From Bacteroidota bacterium (GTDB taxonomy: Bacteria > Bacteroidota > Bacteroidia > NS11-12g > UBA955): a DNA stretch of 64,000 nucleotides. Under the pieces are notes generated by a model. The model had not been told where the DNA came from and searched no databases. It saw only the letters and a program-made list of their open reading frames with translations. Position numbers and translations under genes: made by a program. The DNA is taken from the NCBI GenBank assembly GCA_030833525.1, contig JAURGZ010000003.1, forward strand, positions 4,324 through 68,323, given 5' to 3'. The number at the start of each line of letters is the position of its first letter. The stretch's first letter is position 1. This document shows positions 35,454 through 45,658 of the stretch, in pieces.

Positions 35454-36184
35454 TGATCAAACTCGAAAACATTCACAAGTATTTTGGCGACCGGCATGTT
35501 CTGAAAGGAATCAATGCCACCTTCAATCCTGGGCAGGTCAATTTGATCATTGGGGCCAGCGGCGGCGGCAAAAGTGTCACCCTCAAATGCATGGTGGGCT
35601 TGGAAGAGCCCGATGCTGGCACCATTTGGTTCGGAGACCGAGACTTTCACCATTTGGATTATGCAGGAAAACAACTCGTTCGACGCGAAATTGGAATGCT
35701 CTTTCAGGGAACTGCTCTGTTTGATTCCTTGACCGTAGAGGAAAACGTAGCCTTCCCTTTGCGCATGTTTTCGGCCATGAACGAAGCCGAAATCAAAGAC
35801 CGCGTCAACCACTGTCTAGAACGGGTCAACCTACCTGGAGTGAATGCCAAGTTCCCAGGGGAAATCTCAGGGGGAATGAAAAAACGGGTTGGAATTGCCC
35901 GGGCCATTGCCATGGATATTCAATACCTGTTCTGCGATGAACCCAATTCTGGACTAGATCCCTTAACCAGTCGAGTCATTGACGAGCTGCTACTTGAGAT
36001 TACCCACGAGTACGGCATCACAACCGTTATCAATTCCCATGATATGAAAACCGTGTTGGACATAGGCGAAACCATTGTGTTCATGTACCAAGGCGAAATC
36101 AAATGGGAAGGCAGCGGCAAGGAAGTGAGCCACGGCCGCAAACACGTTCCTGAATTGGACGAATTTTTCAAGGCTTCTTTTTAA
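35453..36184 (+). CDS. ABC transporter ATP-binding protein (MlaF-like)
   Basis: Walker A GASGGGKS, signature ISGGMKKR, and Walker B LFCDEP. TAATG overlap with the permease. Confidence 0.85.
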   Translation: MIKLENIHKYFGDRHVLKGINATFNPGQVNLIIGASGGGKSVTLKCMVGLEEPDAGTIWFGDRDFHHLDYAGKQLVRREIGMLFQGTALFDSLTVEENVAFPLRMFSAMNEAEIKDRVNHCLERVNLPGVNAKFPGEISGGMKKRVGIARAIAMDIQYLFCDEPNSGLDPLTSRVIDELLLEITHEYGITTVINSHDMKTVLDIGETIVFMYQGEIKWEGSGKEVSHGRKHVPELDEFFKASF

Positions 36185-37787
36185 GCACTCGCTTCAAAAC
36201 CAAACGGTTAGCGGGGTCATTTCCCAGGTTCAAGATCGAGTTGTGCATCAGACGCACGCTTTTGTCGTAATACAACACCAAAACTGCGACGTCTTGCAAC
36301 AGCCATTCATTGGCTTGTTTGATCCATGCTTGACGATTTCCCGCCATAGAACTGTTGTATTTCAAGCCTGATATTTGCTCGTACAAGGCATCGAAATTCG
36401 GGTTGTGGTATTGGGAATAATTGGGCCCATCGGGGAATCGATACGCGCCATAATAGCAACTCAGGTAATTTTCGGCATCGGGGTAATCAGCGATCCAAGA
36501 ACCCCGGTACAACTGAAGATCCCCTTGGTTGCGTTTTTGCCGCAACATGGCTCCCGATTCCATTTGCACGCTGACTATTACCCCCAAATCCTGCCAAGCC
36601 TTTTGCAGAAAAATAGCCATGTCCAAGTAGTCTGAGGTGGTCGTCAATTGCAGGGTTTCACCGCGGTAAGCTGAACTTTTCAGGACTTTTCGGGCCGCTT
36701 GCATGGAAAAAGTATCCCTAAGGTCTGGTTCTCCCTGCCTCAATGCAGGAGGAACAAAACCGGTTTCACCGGGGTCGCCTACCCCATTTCTCAAGAAGCG
36801 AACCAGGCCTCGACGATCGATCGACAAGGAAAGGGCTCGACGAAAGGCCCTGTCCTTCAATACGGCTGAGCCGCTTTCTGAAAAGTTGAAAGCGATGAAT
36901 TCTGTATTCAAAAACGGGGTCAGCAGGGCCTTGAACTGGTGCTGATAGCGTTCATTCAATTGACCGTTTTTGTCAAACAACTCATCTTTGATGGAATTTT
37001 CCAACCCATTGAAAAAGTCATATTTCCCGCTCACAAACTGCATGAAAGCCGTTTGTTTGTTTTTAACAAAATCGACATTGACGGCCTCTAGATAAGGCAA
37101 TCGCTGTTCACCCTCCCACTCGAAATAATGGGGATTTTTACGCATGACCATGCGCACCTCTTGCTCCCAGCGCTTGAGAAAAAAAGGCCCTGTGCCGCAG
37201 GCATGACGAGCCAAATATGCTTTGTCTTTTTGCGCCCATTCGCTAGGCAACACCGAAGCGAAACTCATCGAGAGCAAGGATAAAAATGCCGGAAAAGGGC
37301 GATTCAAACTAATTTGTACGGTACTGTCGTCGAGAGCCTGAAAAGATTGAGGCCCATTTACTTTATCCACAAAAATCCAGGCCCCAGGTGAGGCCACTTT
37401 GGGATCAATCAAACGTTGAAATGAGGCCACCACATCGCTAGCAGTCAGCCATTTAAACACTTTGCCTTGCTCAGAGCAAAAGACCGCATCGGAGCGCAAA
37501 TGAAAGCGATATTGCAGGCCATCTGAGCTGAGTTCCCAAGAACGGGCTAGAGCCGGTTGCACGGCCAGCGTGGAGTCTAGCTCAACCAAGCCGTTAAACA
37601 GTTGGCTGACAATCCACAATTCACTCTGACTCTTGGCAAAAGCGGGATCCAAGGTATTGACAGAGGCATCTTCATTGTAGCGAAAAACCTGGGCCTCTGA
37701 TACATTATCCACATTTTCACAGGCAGATATACCCAAAACGATGTAGAAAAGTGCTGCACCAAAAATCAGCCGAAAATGCCCCAGCAT
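36168..37787 (-). CDS. ABC transporter substrate-binding lipoprotein (peptide/nickel family 5)
   Basis: Starting at MLGHFRLIFGAALFYIVLGISAC (lipobox I-S-A-C). The size and pattern are those of family-5 solute-binding proteins. The 86 upstream codons in the ORF track overlap the divergent gene. Confidence 0.7.
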   Translation of the reverse strand: MLGHFRLIFGAALFYIVLGISACENVDNVSEAQVFRYNEDASVNTLDPAFAKSQSELWIVSQLFNGLVELDSTLAVQPALARSWELSSDGLQYRFHLRSDAVFCSEQGKVFKWLTASDVVASFQRLIDPKVASPGAWIFVDKVNGPQSFQALDDSTVQISLNRPFPAFLSLLSMSFASVLPSEWAQKDKAYLARHACGTGPFFLKRWEQEVRMVMRKNPHYFEWEGEQRLPYLEAVNVDFVKNKQTAFMQFVSGKYDFFNGLENSIKDELFDKNGQLNERYQHQFKALLTPFLNTEFIAFNFSESGSAVLKDRAFRRALSLSIDRRGLVRFLRNGVGDPGETGFVPPALRQGEPDLRDTFSMQAARKVLKSSAYRGETLQLTTTSDYLDMAIFLQKAWQDLGVIVSVQMESGAMLRQKRNQGDLQLYRGSWIADYPDAENYLSCYYGAYRFPDGPNYSQYHNPNFDALYEQISGLKYNSSMAGNRQAWIKQANEWLLQDVAVLVLYYDKSVRLMHNSILNLGNDPANRLVLKRVLKKKP

Positions 37788-37789
37788 TC

Positions 37790-37797
37790 TATTTTTG
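37790..37797 (+). promoter_or_regulatory. -7 box (TATTTTTG), 20 nt upstream of the 37818 ATG
   Basis: Matches TAnnTTTG. Confidence 0.3.
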
Positions 37798-37817
37798 AAT
37801 CTTGGCCTAAACAACCC

Positions 37818-38495
37818 ATGAAGACGACTTATTACGGACACGCTTGTTTTGAATTGGAGTACGGAGGCAAAAGTATGCTTTTCGATCCGTTCATTCGGCC
37901 CAATCCATTGGCCGCGAGCATCGATGTTAGTTCGTTGAGTCCTGATTTTCTCTTCTTGAGCCACGGCCATGAAGATCACGTAGCCGATGCCGTAGAGATC
38001 GCCTTGCAAAGTCAGGCTCAATGCGTATCCATCTACGAAATTCACGCCTGGTTAACCAGTCAAGGTGTCAGCAACAGCCACCCCATGAACGTTGGTGGTA
38101 TGTGGTCGTTTGGAGATGTGAACGTCAACATGGTTCCCGCCCTGCACTCCAGCTCCTTGCCCAACGGCCAATATGCAGGCCTGGCTACCGGCTTTGTTCT
38201 CTCACATCCGGCTGAACCTGCTGTTTATTATGCGGGAGACACGGCCTTGTTCGGCGATATGGCCTTGATAGGTCAACGACAAGCCATCGATATTGCATTG
38301 CTGCCCATTGGAGGGAATTTCACCATGGACGTTCGAGATGCGATCGAAGCCGCCAAACTCCTTCAGACAACCCGGGTCATAGGCATGCACTTTGACACCT
38401 TTGGGTACATTAGAATCGATCAACACGCCGCGGTTGCGCAATTTGCTCAGGCCGGCATAAACTTGGAATTATTTGCAATTGGGGAAACCCGCTAA
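37818..38495 (+). CDS. Metal-dependent hydrolase, MBL fold (UPF0173-like)
   Basis: MKTTYYGHACFELE, and LSHGHEDH (HxHxDH). Confidence 0.8.
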   Translation: MKTTYYGHACFELEYGGKSMLFDPFIRPNPLAASIDVSSLSPDFLFLSHGHEDHVADAVEIALQSQAQCVSIYEIHAWLTSQGVSNSHPMNVGGMWSFGDVNVNMVPALHSSSLPNGQYAGLATGFVLSHPAEPAVYYAGDTALFGDMALIGQRQAIDIALLPIGGNFTMDVRDAIEAAKLLQTTRVIGMHFDTFGYIRIDQHAAVAQFAQAGINLELFAIGETR

Positions 38496-38505
38496 TACAG
38501 ACACA

Positions 38506-39300
38506 ATGGGAAAAATTATCGCTTTGGCCAACCAAAAAGGTGGCGTAGGAAAAACCACATCAGCCATCAATTTGGCGGCTTCTTTGGCCGTTTTGGAACA
38601 CAAAACCTTGTTGGTAGATGCCGACCCTCAAGCCAACGCTACTTCAGGCGTAGGTATGGATCCCAAGAATGTCAAATTGGGTCTCTACGATTGCATGGTG
38701 CAGGAAATTCACCCCAAAGACGTCATTCAATCAACCGAAACCCCCTACTTGGACTTGCTTCCTTCGAACATCGATTTGGTGGGTGCTGAAATCGAACTTT
38801 TGGATATTCCCAACCGAGAGCGCATCATGGACGGCGTTTTGAAAAGCATCAAAAACCAATACGATTTCATCATCATCGATTGTTCCCCTTCCCTGGGCTT
38901 GATAACTACCAATGCCCTAGTAGCGGCTGATTCGGTCATCATTCCCGTTCAATGCGAATATTTTGCTTTAGAGGGATTGGGTAAATTATTGAATACCATC
39001 AAGATAATTCAAAACAATTTGAATCGACAACTGGAGATCGAAGGCATATTGCTCACCATGTACGATAGCCGTTTGCGTTTGTGCAACTCAGTGGTTGAAG
39101 ATGTCAAAACCCATTTTCAAGACATGGTATTCGACTGCATCATTCAGCGCAATACCAAGCTTGGTGAAGCGCCTAGTTTCGGAGTACCTGTCATTTACCA
39201 CGATGCTGACAGCCGAGGATCGATCAATTACTTGAATTTAGCCAAGGAGATATTGGTTAAAAATGGCAAAATTTCTGCCGAGGAAGGAGCCAGCGCATGA
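38506..39300 (+). CDS. parA: ParA/Soj chromosome-partitioning ATPase
   Basis: Deviant Walker A in MGKIIALANQKGGVGKTT, then DADPQ. Confidence 0.9.
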   Translation: MGKIIALANQKGGVGKTTSAINLAASLAVLEHKTLLVDADPQANATSGVGMDPKNVKLGLYDCMVQEIHPKDVIQSTETPYLDLLPSNIDLVGAEIELLDIPNRERIMDGVLKSIKNQYDFIIIDCSPSLGLITTNALVAADSVIIPVQCEYFALEGLGKLLNTIKIIQNNLNRQLEIEGILLTMYDSRLRLCNSVVEDVKTHFQDMVFDCIIQRNTKLGEAPSFGVPVIYHDADSRGSINYLNLAKEILVKNGKISAEEGASA

Positions 39301-40181
39301 GCCAAGCTGCCAGAAAAAAAGGCATGGGCCGAGGTTTGAGCGCCTTGTTGAGCGACGCTGAAGTAGATGCCACCAGCAGAGACGGCGTTAGCATTGGATC
39401 CGTCGCCTTGATCCCCTTGGCGAATCTGGAAGCCAACCCTTTCCAACCCCGCACTGAATTCAATGCTGAATTGCTGGAAGAACTTCGCCAAAGCATCAGC
39501 ATTCACGGGGTGATTCAACCCATTACTGTGCGCAAAATGGGCTACGACAAGTACCAGCTCATTTCTGGGGAACGGCGCACCCGAGCTGCCATGATGGCCG
39601 GCTTGACGCAAATCCCGGCTTACATTCGGGTAGCCAACGATCAAGAAATGCTGGAAATCGCGCTGATTGAGAACATTCAGCGCAGCGATTTGAATGCCAT
39701 CGATGTGGCCGTGAGTTACCATCGCTTGATCGAAGAGTGCGACATCAGCCAAGATGAATTGGGAGAACGCGTGGGCAAAGACCGTACTACTGTCAACAAC
39801 TACCTGCGCCTTTTGAAACTACCCGATGAAATCCAGTTGGGAATCAAGTCAGGCAAAGTCAGCATGGGTCAAGCCCGAGCCATCATCAACATTCCACATC
39901 AGCAGCAGCAATTGGAGCTGTATCAGCATATCATTGCCAACAACCTTTCGGTGCGCGATGTTGAAGCCTTGGCCAAACGAGTGAAATCGGGAATGGGCGA
40001 TTATAACCCCGGCATGGGCACAGACTGGGACCCCGAAATTGACCGCATCATGGAAGCCTTCCATCAGCGCTTGCGCGCTGCCGTTCACCTGAAAAATGGT
40101 TCACGTGGAGGTGGGAAAATCGTCATCAGCTACAAAAACCGCGAAGATTTGGTTCGCATTCTCTCCCGCATTCCCGAGTGA
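39297..40181 (+). CDS. parB: ParB/Spo0J chromosome-partitioning protein
   Basis: GLSALL, PFQPR, GVIQPITVR, LISGERR and IALIENIQR. ATGA overlap with parA. Confidence 0.9.
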   Translation: MSQAARKKGMGRGLSALLSDAEVDATSRDGVSIGSVALIPLANLEANPFQPRTEFNAELLEELRQSISIHGVIQPITVRKMGYDKYQLISGERRTRAAMMAGLTQIPAYIRVANDQEMLEIALIENIQRSDLNAIDVAVSYHRLIEECDISQDELGERVGKDRTTVNNYLRLLKLPDEIQLGIKSGKVSMGQARAIINIPHQQQQLELYQHIIANNLSVRDVEALAKRVKSGMGDYNPGMGTDWDPEIDRIMEAFHQRLRAAVHLKNGSRGGGKIVISYKNREDLVRILSRIPE

Positions 40182-40792
40182 TGAAAGCCCCAGCGCTGTT
40201 GGCTTTGCTTTGTTTGGGCTGCTCGATTGCAAAAGCTCAAATGCCCATGGGACAAGGCGCTGCCGAACCCAAAACCGACAGTGCACAGGTCAAAGGCGAG
40301 GGGGGAATTCAAGGTGCTGGGCTCGAACTTCAGCGCAACAGCACACCGCCCATGAAGAGCTCGGAAAATACCGAGATTTCAAGCGCTGCGCTTGAACCCA
40401 AGATACACTCTCCCAAAACCGCTAGCCTATTGTCGCTGGCTTGCCCGGGATTGGGACAGCTCTATAACCGAAAATACTGGAAAGCCCCCCTGGTTTGGGG
40501 AGCATTGGGCGGGGCTGCCTATTTCATGGTAGAAAATCGCCGATTGATGCGGGACATGAACACCCAATTCACGGCCTTATATGCATCTGGATCAGCTCCC
40601 ACTGCCGCACAGATCGAAGAGCGTGACCGCTACCGAGGCAACCGAGATTTGGCCATTTTGGTTGGCACGGGCATTTATGCCCTTCAAATCATTGATGCTA
40701 CTGTCGATGCTCATTTTTTCCGTTTTGACATCAACCAAGACCTGAGTTTGTCGGGTGGTCTCAGTCAAGCCCGCCTTTGTTATCGTTTTTAA
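40178..40792 (+). CDS. DUF5683-like membrane protein (usual post-parB gene in Bacteroidota)
   Basis: Signal peptide, then SLLSLACPGLGQLYNRKYWKAPLVWGALGG. Family name recalled from memory. Confidence 0.6.
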   Translation: MMKAPALLALLCLGCSIAKAQMPMGQGAAEPKTDSAQVKGEGGIQGAGLELQRNSTPPMKSSENTEISSAALEPKIHSPKTASLLSLACPGLGQLYNRKYWKAPLVWGALGGAAYFMVENRRLMRDMNTQFTALYASGSAPTAAQIEERDRYRGNRDLAILVGTGIYALQIIDATVDAHFFRFDINQDLSLSGGLSQARLCYRF

Positions 40793-40793
40793 T

Positions 40794-41114
40794 ATGGACC
40801 GATTGACACAAATTCTCGCTTTTTTAGAGGAGCAGCCATCTGATTCTTTCTTGCGCTATGCCTTAGCCCAAGAATATGCCAAACGAGAAGATTACGTGCA
40901 AGCCGAAGCCCAGTACCGGCTTTTATTGAACCAAGACCCTTCCTATTTGGCCACCTATTATCATTTGGCCGTATTGTTGCGCGCGCAAGCGCGCACCGAG
41001 GAAGCCAAAGATCTATTGGACGATGGCATTGATAGAGCCAAAGCCCAACGCGAGCAACACGCTTTGAGCGAGATGCAAAGCCTACGCTTGGAAATGGAAT
41101 ACGAAGACGAATAA
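40794..41114 (+). CDS. Small tetratricopeptide-repeat protein
   Basis: From MDRLTQILAFLEE: FLRYALAQEYAKREDYVQAEAQYRLLLNQDPSYLATYYHLA are TPR-like helices. Confidence 0.55.
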   Translation: MDRLTQILAFLEEQPSDSFLRYALAQEYAKREDYVQAEAQYRLLLNQDPSYLATYYHLAVLLRAQARTEEAKDLLDDGIDRAKAQREQHALSEMQSLRLEMEYEDE

Positions 41115-41143
41115 AAAAAGCCCCGAATCGGGGCCTTTTTTTT
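41113..41143. terminator. Bidirectional intrinsic terminator between convergent genes
   Basis: AAAAAAA-GCCCCG-aat-CGGGGC-C-TTTTTTTT. Confidence 0.7.
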
Positions 41144-41161
41144 GAGTCTAATCAAGCAGGC

Positions 41162-41914
41162 TTAGTCGCGGCTTTGGAGTTTGGCCAACAAGCGCAAAAT
41201 CTCCAAGTACAACCAAACCAAGGTCATCAACAGCGCCACACCGCTGAACCACTCCATGTATTTGGGGGCTCCGGCCTGAGACTGCTGCTCAATGAAAGAA
41301 AAGTCCAAAATCAGATTGAAGGCGGCAATGCCGGCAATCAAAGCAGAAAGACCAATCGACATGGGGCTGTTGCCGTAGTAGAACGATTCTACACCGAAGA
41401 AGCCCATGATCATGGTGATCAAGTAAAACACTCCTACACCCATGGTAGCAAACACAATGACTTTGGTAAACATGGGGGTAGCGCGAAGCAATCCGCTTCG
41501 GTAAGCCAACAGCATACCGGCAAACACCAGCAGTGTGATGCCAATGGCGTTCATGACAATGCCCTCATAAGCCGATTCAAAAATCAGCGAAATGGCTCCT
41601 AAGAAGAGGCCTTGAGCGGCGGCATACACAGGCGCCAAATAAGGAGACCAAGACTTTTTGAACATCATGACCAGGCTGCTCACAAGGCCAATGATCATAC
41701 CGGCCATGGCATAGCCCATGAGGCCATTGTTGACGGCATAGTCCAAATAACCGGCTCCGCCCATTTTGAACCACAACCAAGCGGCTGGAGCCAATAAGGT
41801 AGCGAACAGAAGAATGGATTTGTTGATGGTGCCGTTCAAAGTCATCACACCTTGATCGGTGTAATCGGTACGGCTCGCCGAGAAGGCTTTTTCAGAAAAC
41901 AAAGGATTCGACAT
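41162..41914 (-). CDS. Bax inhibitor-1/YccA-like integral membrane protein
   Basis: 250 aa with about 7 TM helices. The N-terminus is MSNPLFSEKAF... and the tail is charged. Confidence 0.65.
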   Translation of the reverse strand: MSNPLFSEKAFSASRTDYTDQGVMTLNGTINKSILLFATLLAPAAWLWFKMGGAGYLDYAVNNGLMGYAMAGMIIGLVSSLVMMFKKSWSPYLAPVYAAAQGLFLGAISLIFESAYEGIVMNAIGITLLVFAGMLLAYRSGLLRATPMFTKVIVFATMGVGVFYLITMIMGFFGVESFYYGNSPMSIGLSALIAGIAAFNLILDFSFIEQQSQAGAPKYMEWFSGVALLMTLVWLYLEILRLLAKLQSRD

Positions 41915-41964
41915 AGTCTATGAGTTGTTGTTGATTCAATGATACTACAAAAATTGCGCTTGTG

Positions 41965-44900
41965 TTAGCGAAGCAGATGAAGGGTCCCTTTGGTTTGATA
42001 AACGCGCCCCCTGAAATCGCTGTAATCTACCACCCAAACATAAACCCCTTCGGGTTGTGCTTGGCCTTGATAGGAACCATCCCAACCCTGCAGAGGGTCC
42101 TCTCCTTCCCACAGCTTTTCTCCCCAACGGGAGTAAATGCGCATTCGGTAGGTTTTCAAGCCCCCCGAAACCGGCACAAACTGATCGTTTCTCCCGTTAG
42201 CGTCGGGGGTAAAGGCATTGGGTATGAACAACAAGGGTTCGAAATTGAGCTCCAAATCGTTGCTCCAAGAAACGCGGCTGCCGCCCAATTCATAAGCTTT
42301 GATGCGGTATTTATGGCTGTAACCGTCTTGGCCGTTATCGTAATTGGCTTGGCTGGGTGCGGCGAACTGGTCGTAAAGCACATAGTTGGGGCTTCCATCC
42401 AAACTGCGGTATAACTCGTAGCGTTCTACCCCGTTGGCCCAGCCCAGGTAAGGACTGAACTGGATGCTGGCGCTCAATGCACCCACTTTATCGCCTGTTA
42501 AGAGCACGCTCGTATGAACCTGGCTATACAAGGTATCGCCACAAGCATTGATCGTAGCTACACGATAATCGTAGGCAAACGCATCAGGGCTTGCGCTGAT
42601 GTCTTGATAATCGGTGGTATTGGCCGGGAGCTGAGCAATGGTTTGGAAGGCACTCGTGCCTGCGGGGCGGCGTTGCGCAAACAGGCCACTTTGGTTGTAA
42701 GGAGCATTGAGCAAAGTCATGCTTACCCAAATGCTGGCATCATTGCCGGGAGGTGCATTCACGCTCACCACCTGGCATTCGATGCTGGGGTTATCGACAT
42801 ACACATTGCGCACGACTGGGTCGCCGAGGCAACCAAATTGGCTGATTTCTTGCACCTCGAGGCGGCCGGTTTGGCCCAACTGCCATTGCACGGTACCGCT
42901 GGAATTGGTTCCCGGATTTTGCACCCAAGTACCACCGGTCAACTGCCAATTGAACTGACTGCCTGGCAGGCCGTTGATTCGATATGGAACGGGACCCAAG
43001 TTGGGGTAACACACAAAACTGTCACCGAGAATTTCGTCTGCCGTAGGCTTCGGATGTATGACAATGTTCTGATCTCCCCAAGGCCCCACACAACCAAAGG
43101 GGCTAGTTTCTTGGGCTTGAATCAAATATGAGCCCGATTGAGAAAGCGATAAGGCGATTTTGTTAGTCCCCTGACCGGTGAAAGCCAATCCGTTTGATAC
43201 TTTCCACTCCCAGGTAGATCCAGGAAAGCCTGACGTCGAAAAATCAGCCGTTCCTTGGGGTTTTTGGCAATGTTCATCCAAACCCGAAATAAGGGGCTTT
43301 GGCGGCACGGGATGCACCATCACCTTCAATTGGGTCACGGGGCTCAAACAAGGCAAATTGCTAACAGGATCCCAAGCCTGAGCTTGAACCGCCACCCATC
43401 CGTTGACAGCAGAGGGCCAATTGCTCGAGACTTGAGCTGTGTTGGTAGGCCCGTTCCAAGTACCCCCCGAAAGGGTCCAAGCATAAGACTCCCCGCTGAC
43501 AGGCTTGACGCTGTGCAAAATATTGGTTGCACCGGCACATAGCGAGGTGTCGCCCACGGGCATTTGCCCCTTGAGGGCGTGGTTTTTCACAACATCGAGC
43601 TTGGCTGAATCCAAGCAACCGAAACGGTCCAATACCCAAACTTTGACCCAGGCATTTCCTGCTCCACCCCAGTCGACTCGCAGCAGGGTATCGCCTTTGA
43701 CTTGGGAACCCGTTGCACCGCTTACCGCCCAGGTATAGGTTCCCTTCCAAGATTTAGGACTCAGGGTGTAATCGATATTTTTATTATTGGGACAAACAGA
43801 AGTAGGACCACTGATGATGGGGGCTGCCGCATCGCTTGTTACGAACCACAGGGTATCTGCTTTGCTGGTGCAACGCGTGGGCCCATCATAGGTATAATAG
43901 CGCAGAAAATGGACTCCCTTGCTTTTGGCTGTCAAGGTTAAGAAGTCGACCCACAGGGTCCCAATGACCAAATCAGGGCTGGTCCAAAAACTACCATCGG
44001 TATTTGCAGGCAATGCAAAACGAATCGTATCGATGGCATTCACGCACAAAGTATCAGATTCGAAGAAAATCTTCATTTGAGGGGGCGCAGGTTTCAGTGC
44101 CACATCCAAACTCACCTCAGCTTCGCAGCCGTACTGACTGGTGATTTTCAGTGTCAATTTCCCCGATGAACCACTGCCCCAAACCACCTCTAAAAGGGTG
44201 TCGCCGTAATTGTTCCCTGATGTATTTCCAGACAGCGTCCACGCATAGCTGTGGCCTGCAATGGGTTTGATGTAATAACGCGCAAAAGCATTTTGGCACG
44301 TGGTCGAGGGGCCCTGAATGGTTTCTTCGGGCTTGAAGGGCTTGACCTTGATCAACACGTTTTCGTTGATGAACTTCGACGGGCAACCGTTGTCAAAAGC
44401 TTCAAAAGTCACACGAAACGTATCGACAGTATTGATGCCGCAGTCGGGAGTCCAGCAGAAGGTAGAAGTCACTTCGCGTTTGGCGCTGTTTTGGGTGGGG
44501 TTCAAGGTCGCCTTAGTGCCCTTGTAACCGTTGGTGCCGCTGATGATTTCGGCGTAGGCCTGCAGCGTCACGGCTTGGCCTGTATCGACATCGTCATAGG
44601 CCGTTATTTTCGTGCAGAAGGGCTCCCCTTCTTCGATTTCCCAATAACGAGAACCTTCTTCGTATTTCAACTTAGGCTTGGCATTCGGCTGGCAATTGAT
44701 GACCAGGATCTGCAAATCCAATCGAACCGTGGATATGGCTTGACCGTTTCGCCACTCAGTGACTTCGACCGCCACCGCATAGCGACCCGTTGCCGGGGAC
44801 ATGTAGGTGGTCAAACCGTTGTAAGCATCTACACGGGCATAGCCCAAATTCCCAAAAGGTTTGGTTGCCGAAAAGCCAGGGTTGTAGTCCACGTCGGGAA

Positions 44901-45579
44901 CGGCCTCCATGGGGTCGGCGCAGGTTTTCAAATCGGGAGAACTCAAACTGGCTCCCTGCCAAGGAGTAACCAGTTTGTAGGAAAGCGAATCCCCGTCAGG
45001 ATCCAAAGCACGATTTCGAATGGTGATGGTATCGCCTACGCAGATGAACGGAACGGGTACATCCAGGAAGTAGGGCGATGAATTTTGTATGGTACCGGGG
45101 GGAATGACTCCGTAATAGGTTTGGCCTTGATAGGCGGTACCCCCATTGTCCTTGAGGTTGGTCTGGGTATTGCGGCAACAGCGCTCCCATTTGAGTATCC
45201 AACCGCTGTTGCTGCGGGGCACTGAGATATTGGTTTGGTAAATGCCTTGTTCCAAGCAAGTTTGTACCACTTCGGGGCAATTGGTGTTGCCCACGGGTTT
45301 GACTTTGCTTTTGGATAAGAGCTTGACGGTCTTGGATTGGTATAATTTCTTGGCACCATCGTAAATGCATAAACCAATCTCTGCATCAAAGGGGACCTCG
45401 TTGTTCGTGCCATCTTTGGAACAATCGCGGTATGCGTAAATGGTAACCCGGTATTGGGTCGCGCTACCGTTATCGCTCAACCATTGGTAGGTCAAGAAAC
45501 CGCCCACCAAATGCGAAGCCATGGCCGTTGAAGCAACTAACCAAAGCATGAGAGATAGGACAATTCTTCGCGCGCGCAT
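41965..45579 (-). CDS. Large secreted adhesin-like protein with a T9SS type B (gliding-motility-associated) C-terminal sorting domain
   Basis: Signal peptide ending AMA|SHLVGG. The N-terminal Cys-containing domain carries SHLVGGFLTYQWL....YRVTIYAYRDC. About six tandem PKD-like modules follow. The C-terminus is LFIPNAFTPDANGRNDQF...GVYVWVVDY. Confidence 0.8.
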   Translation of the reverse strand: MRARRIVLSLMLWLVASTAMASHLVGGFLTYQWLSDNGSATQYRVTIYAYRDCSKDGTNNEVPFDAEIGLCIYDGAKKLYQSKTVKLLSKSKVKPVGNTNCPEVVQTCLEQGIYQTNISVPRSNSGWILKWERCCRNTQTNLKDNGGTAYQGQTYYGVIPPGTIQNSSPYFLDVPVPFICVGDTITIRNRALDPDGDSLSYKLVTPWQGASLSSPDLKTCADPMEAVPDVDYNPGFSATKPFGNLGYARVDAYNGLTTYMSPATGRYAVAVEVTEWRNGQAISTVRLDLQILVINCQPNAKPKLKYEEGSRYWEIEEGEPFCTKITAYDDVDTGQAVTLQAYAEIISGTNGYKGTKATLNPTQNSAKREVTSTFCWTPDCGINTVDTFRVTFEAFDNGCPSKFINENVLIKVKPFKPEETIQGPSTTCQNAFARYYIKPIAGHSYAWTLSGNTSGNNYGDTLLEVVWGSGSSGKLTLKITSQYGCEAEVSLDVALKPAPPQMKIFFESDTLCVNAIDTIRFALPANTDGSFWTSPDLVIGTLWVDFLTLTAKSKGVHFLRYYTYDGPTRCTSKADTLWFVTSDAAAPIISGPTSVCPNNKNIDYTLSPKSWKGTYTWAVSGATGSQVKGDTLLRVDWGGAGNAWVKVWVLDRFGCLDSAKLDVVKNHALKGQMPVGDTSLCAGATNILHSVKPVSGESYAWTLSGGTWNGPTNTAQVSSNWPSAVNGWVAVQAQAWDPVSNLPCLSPVTQLKVMVHPVPPKPLISGLDEHCQKPQGTADFSTSGFPGSTWEWKVSNGLAFTGQGTNKIALSLSQSGSYLIQAQETSPFGCVGPWGDQNIVIHPKPTADEILGDSFVCYPNLGPVPYRINGLPGSQFNWQLTGGTWVQNPGTNSSGTVQWQLGQTGRLEVQEISQFGCLGDPVVRNVYVDNPSIECQVVSVNAPPGNDASIWVSMTLLNAPYNQSGLFAQRRPAGTSAFQTIAQLPANTTDYQDISASPDAFAYDYRVATINACGDTLYSQVHTSVLLTGDKVGALSASIQFSPYLGWANGVERYELYRSLDGSPNYVLYDQFAAPSQANYDNGQDGYSHKYRIKAYELGGSRVSWSNDLELNFEPLLFIPNAFTPDANGRNDQFVPVSGGLKTYRMRIYSRWGEKLWEGEDPLQGWDGSYQGQAQPEGVYVWVVDYSDFRGRVYQTKGTLHLLR
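42796..44322 (-). repeat. About six tandem ~85-aa Ig/PKD-like modules inside the adhesin gene
   Basis: Recurrent pattern C....Y......(Y/F).W.(L/V)(S/T)GG.......T..V.W...G....V.....GC........V. Examples: HSYAWTLSGN...LEVVWGSG...QYGCEAEV; GTYTWAVSGA...LRVDWGGA...RFGCLDSA; ESYAWTLSGG; STWEWKVSNG...PFGCVGPW; SQFNWQLTGG...QFGCLGDP. Confidence 0.6.
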
Positions 45580-45650
45580 GAGGGACTATCTAAATAGACA
45601 AAAATTGTGCCCAAAAAGTTGCGTGGGGCGCGCATTTTCCTGCATTTGGC

Positions 45651-45658
45651 TATTTTCG
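45651..45658 (+). promoter_or_regulatory. Near-consensus -7 box (TATTTTCG), 5 nt upstream of the GT9 ATG
   Basis: TATTTTCG-tgggc-ATG. This supports ATG 45664 over the GTG at 45607. Confidence 0.3.

Noticed and set aside
37788-38045. 86-codon N-terminal extension of the substrate-binding protein ORF
   Set aside because: It overlaps the divergent MBL-hydrolase gene. A lipoprotein signal peptide starts at the internal Met (37787).
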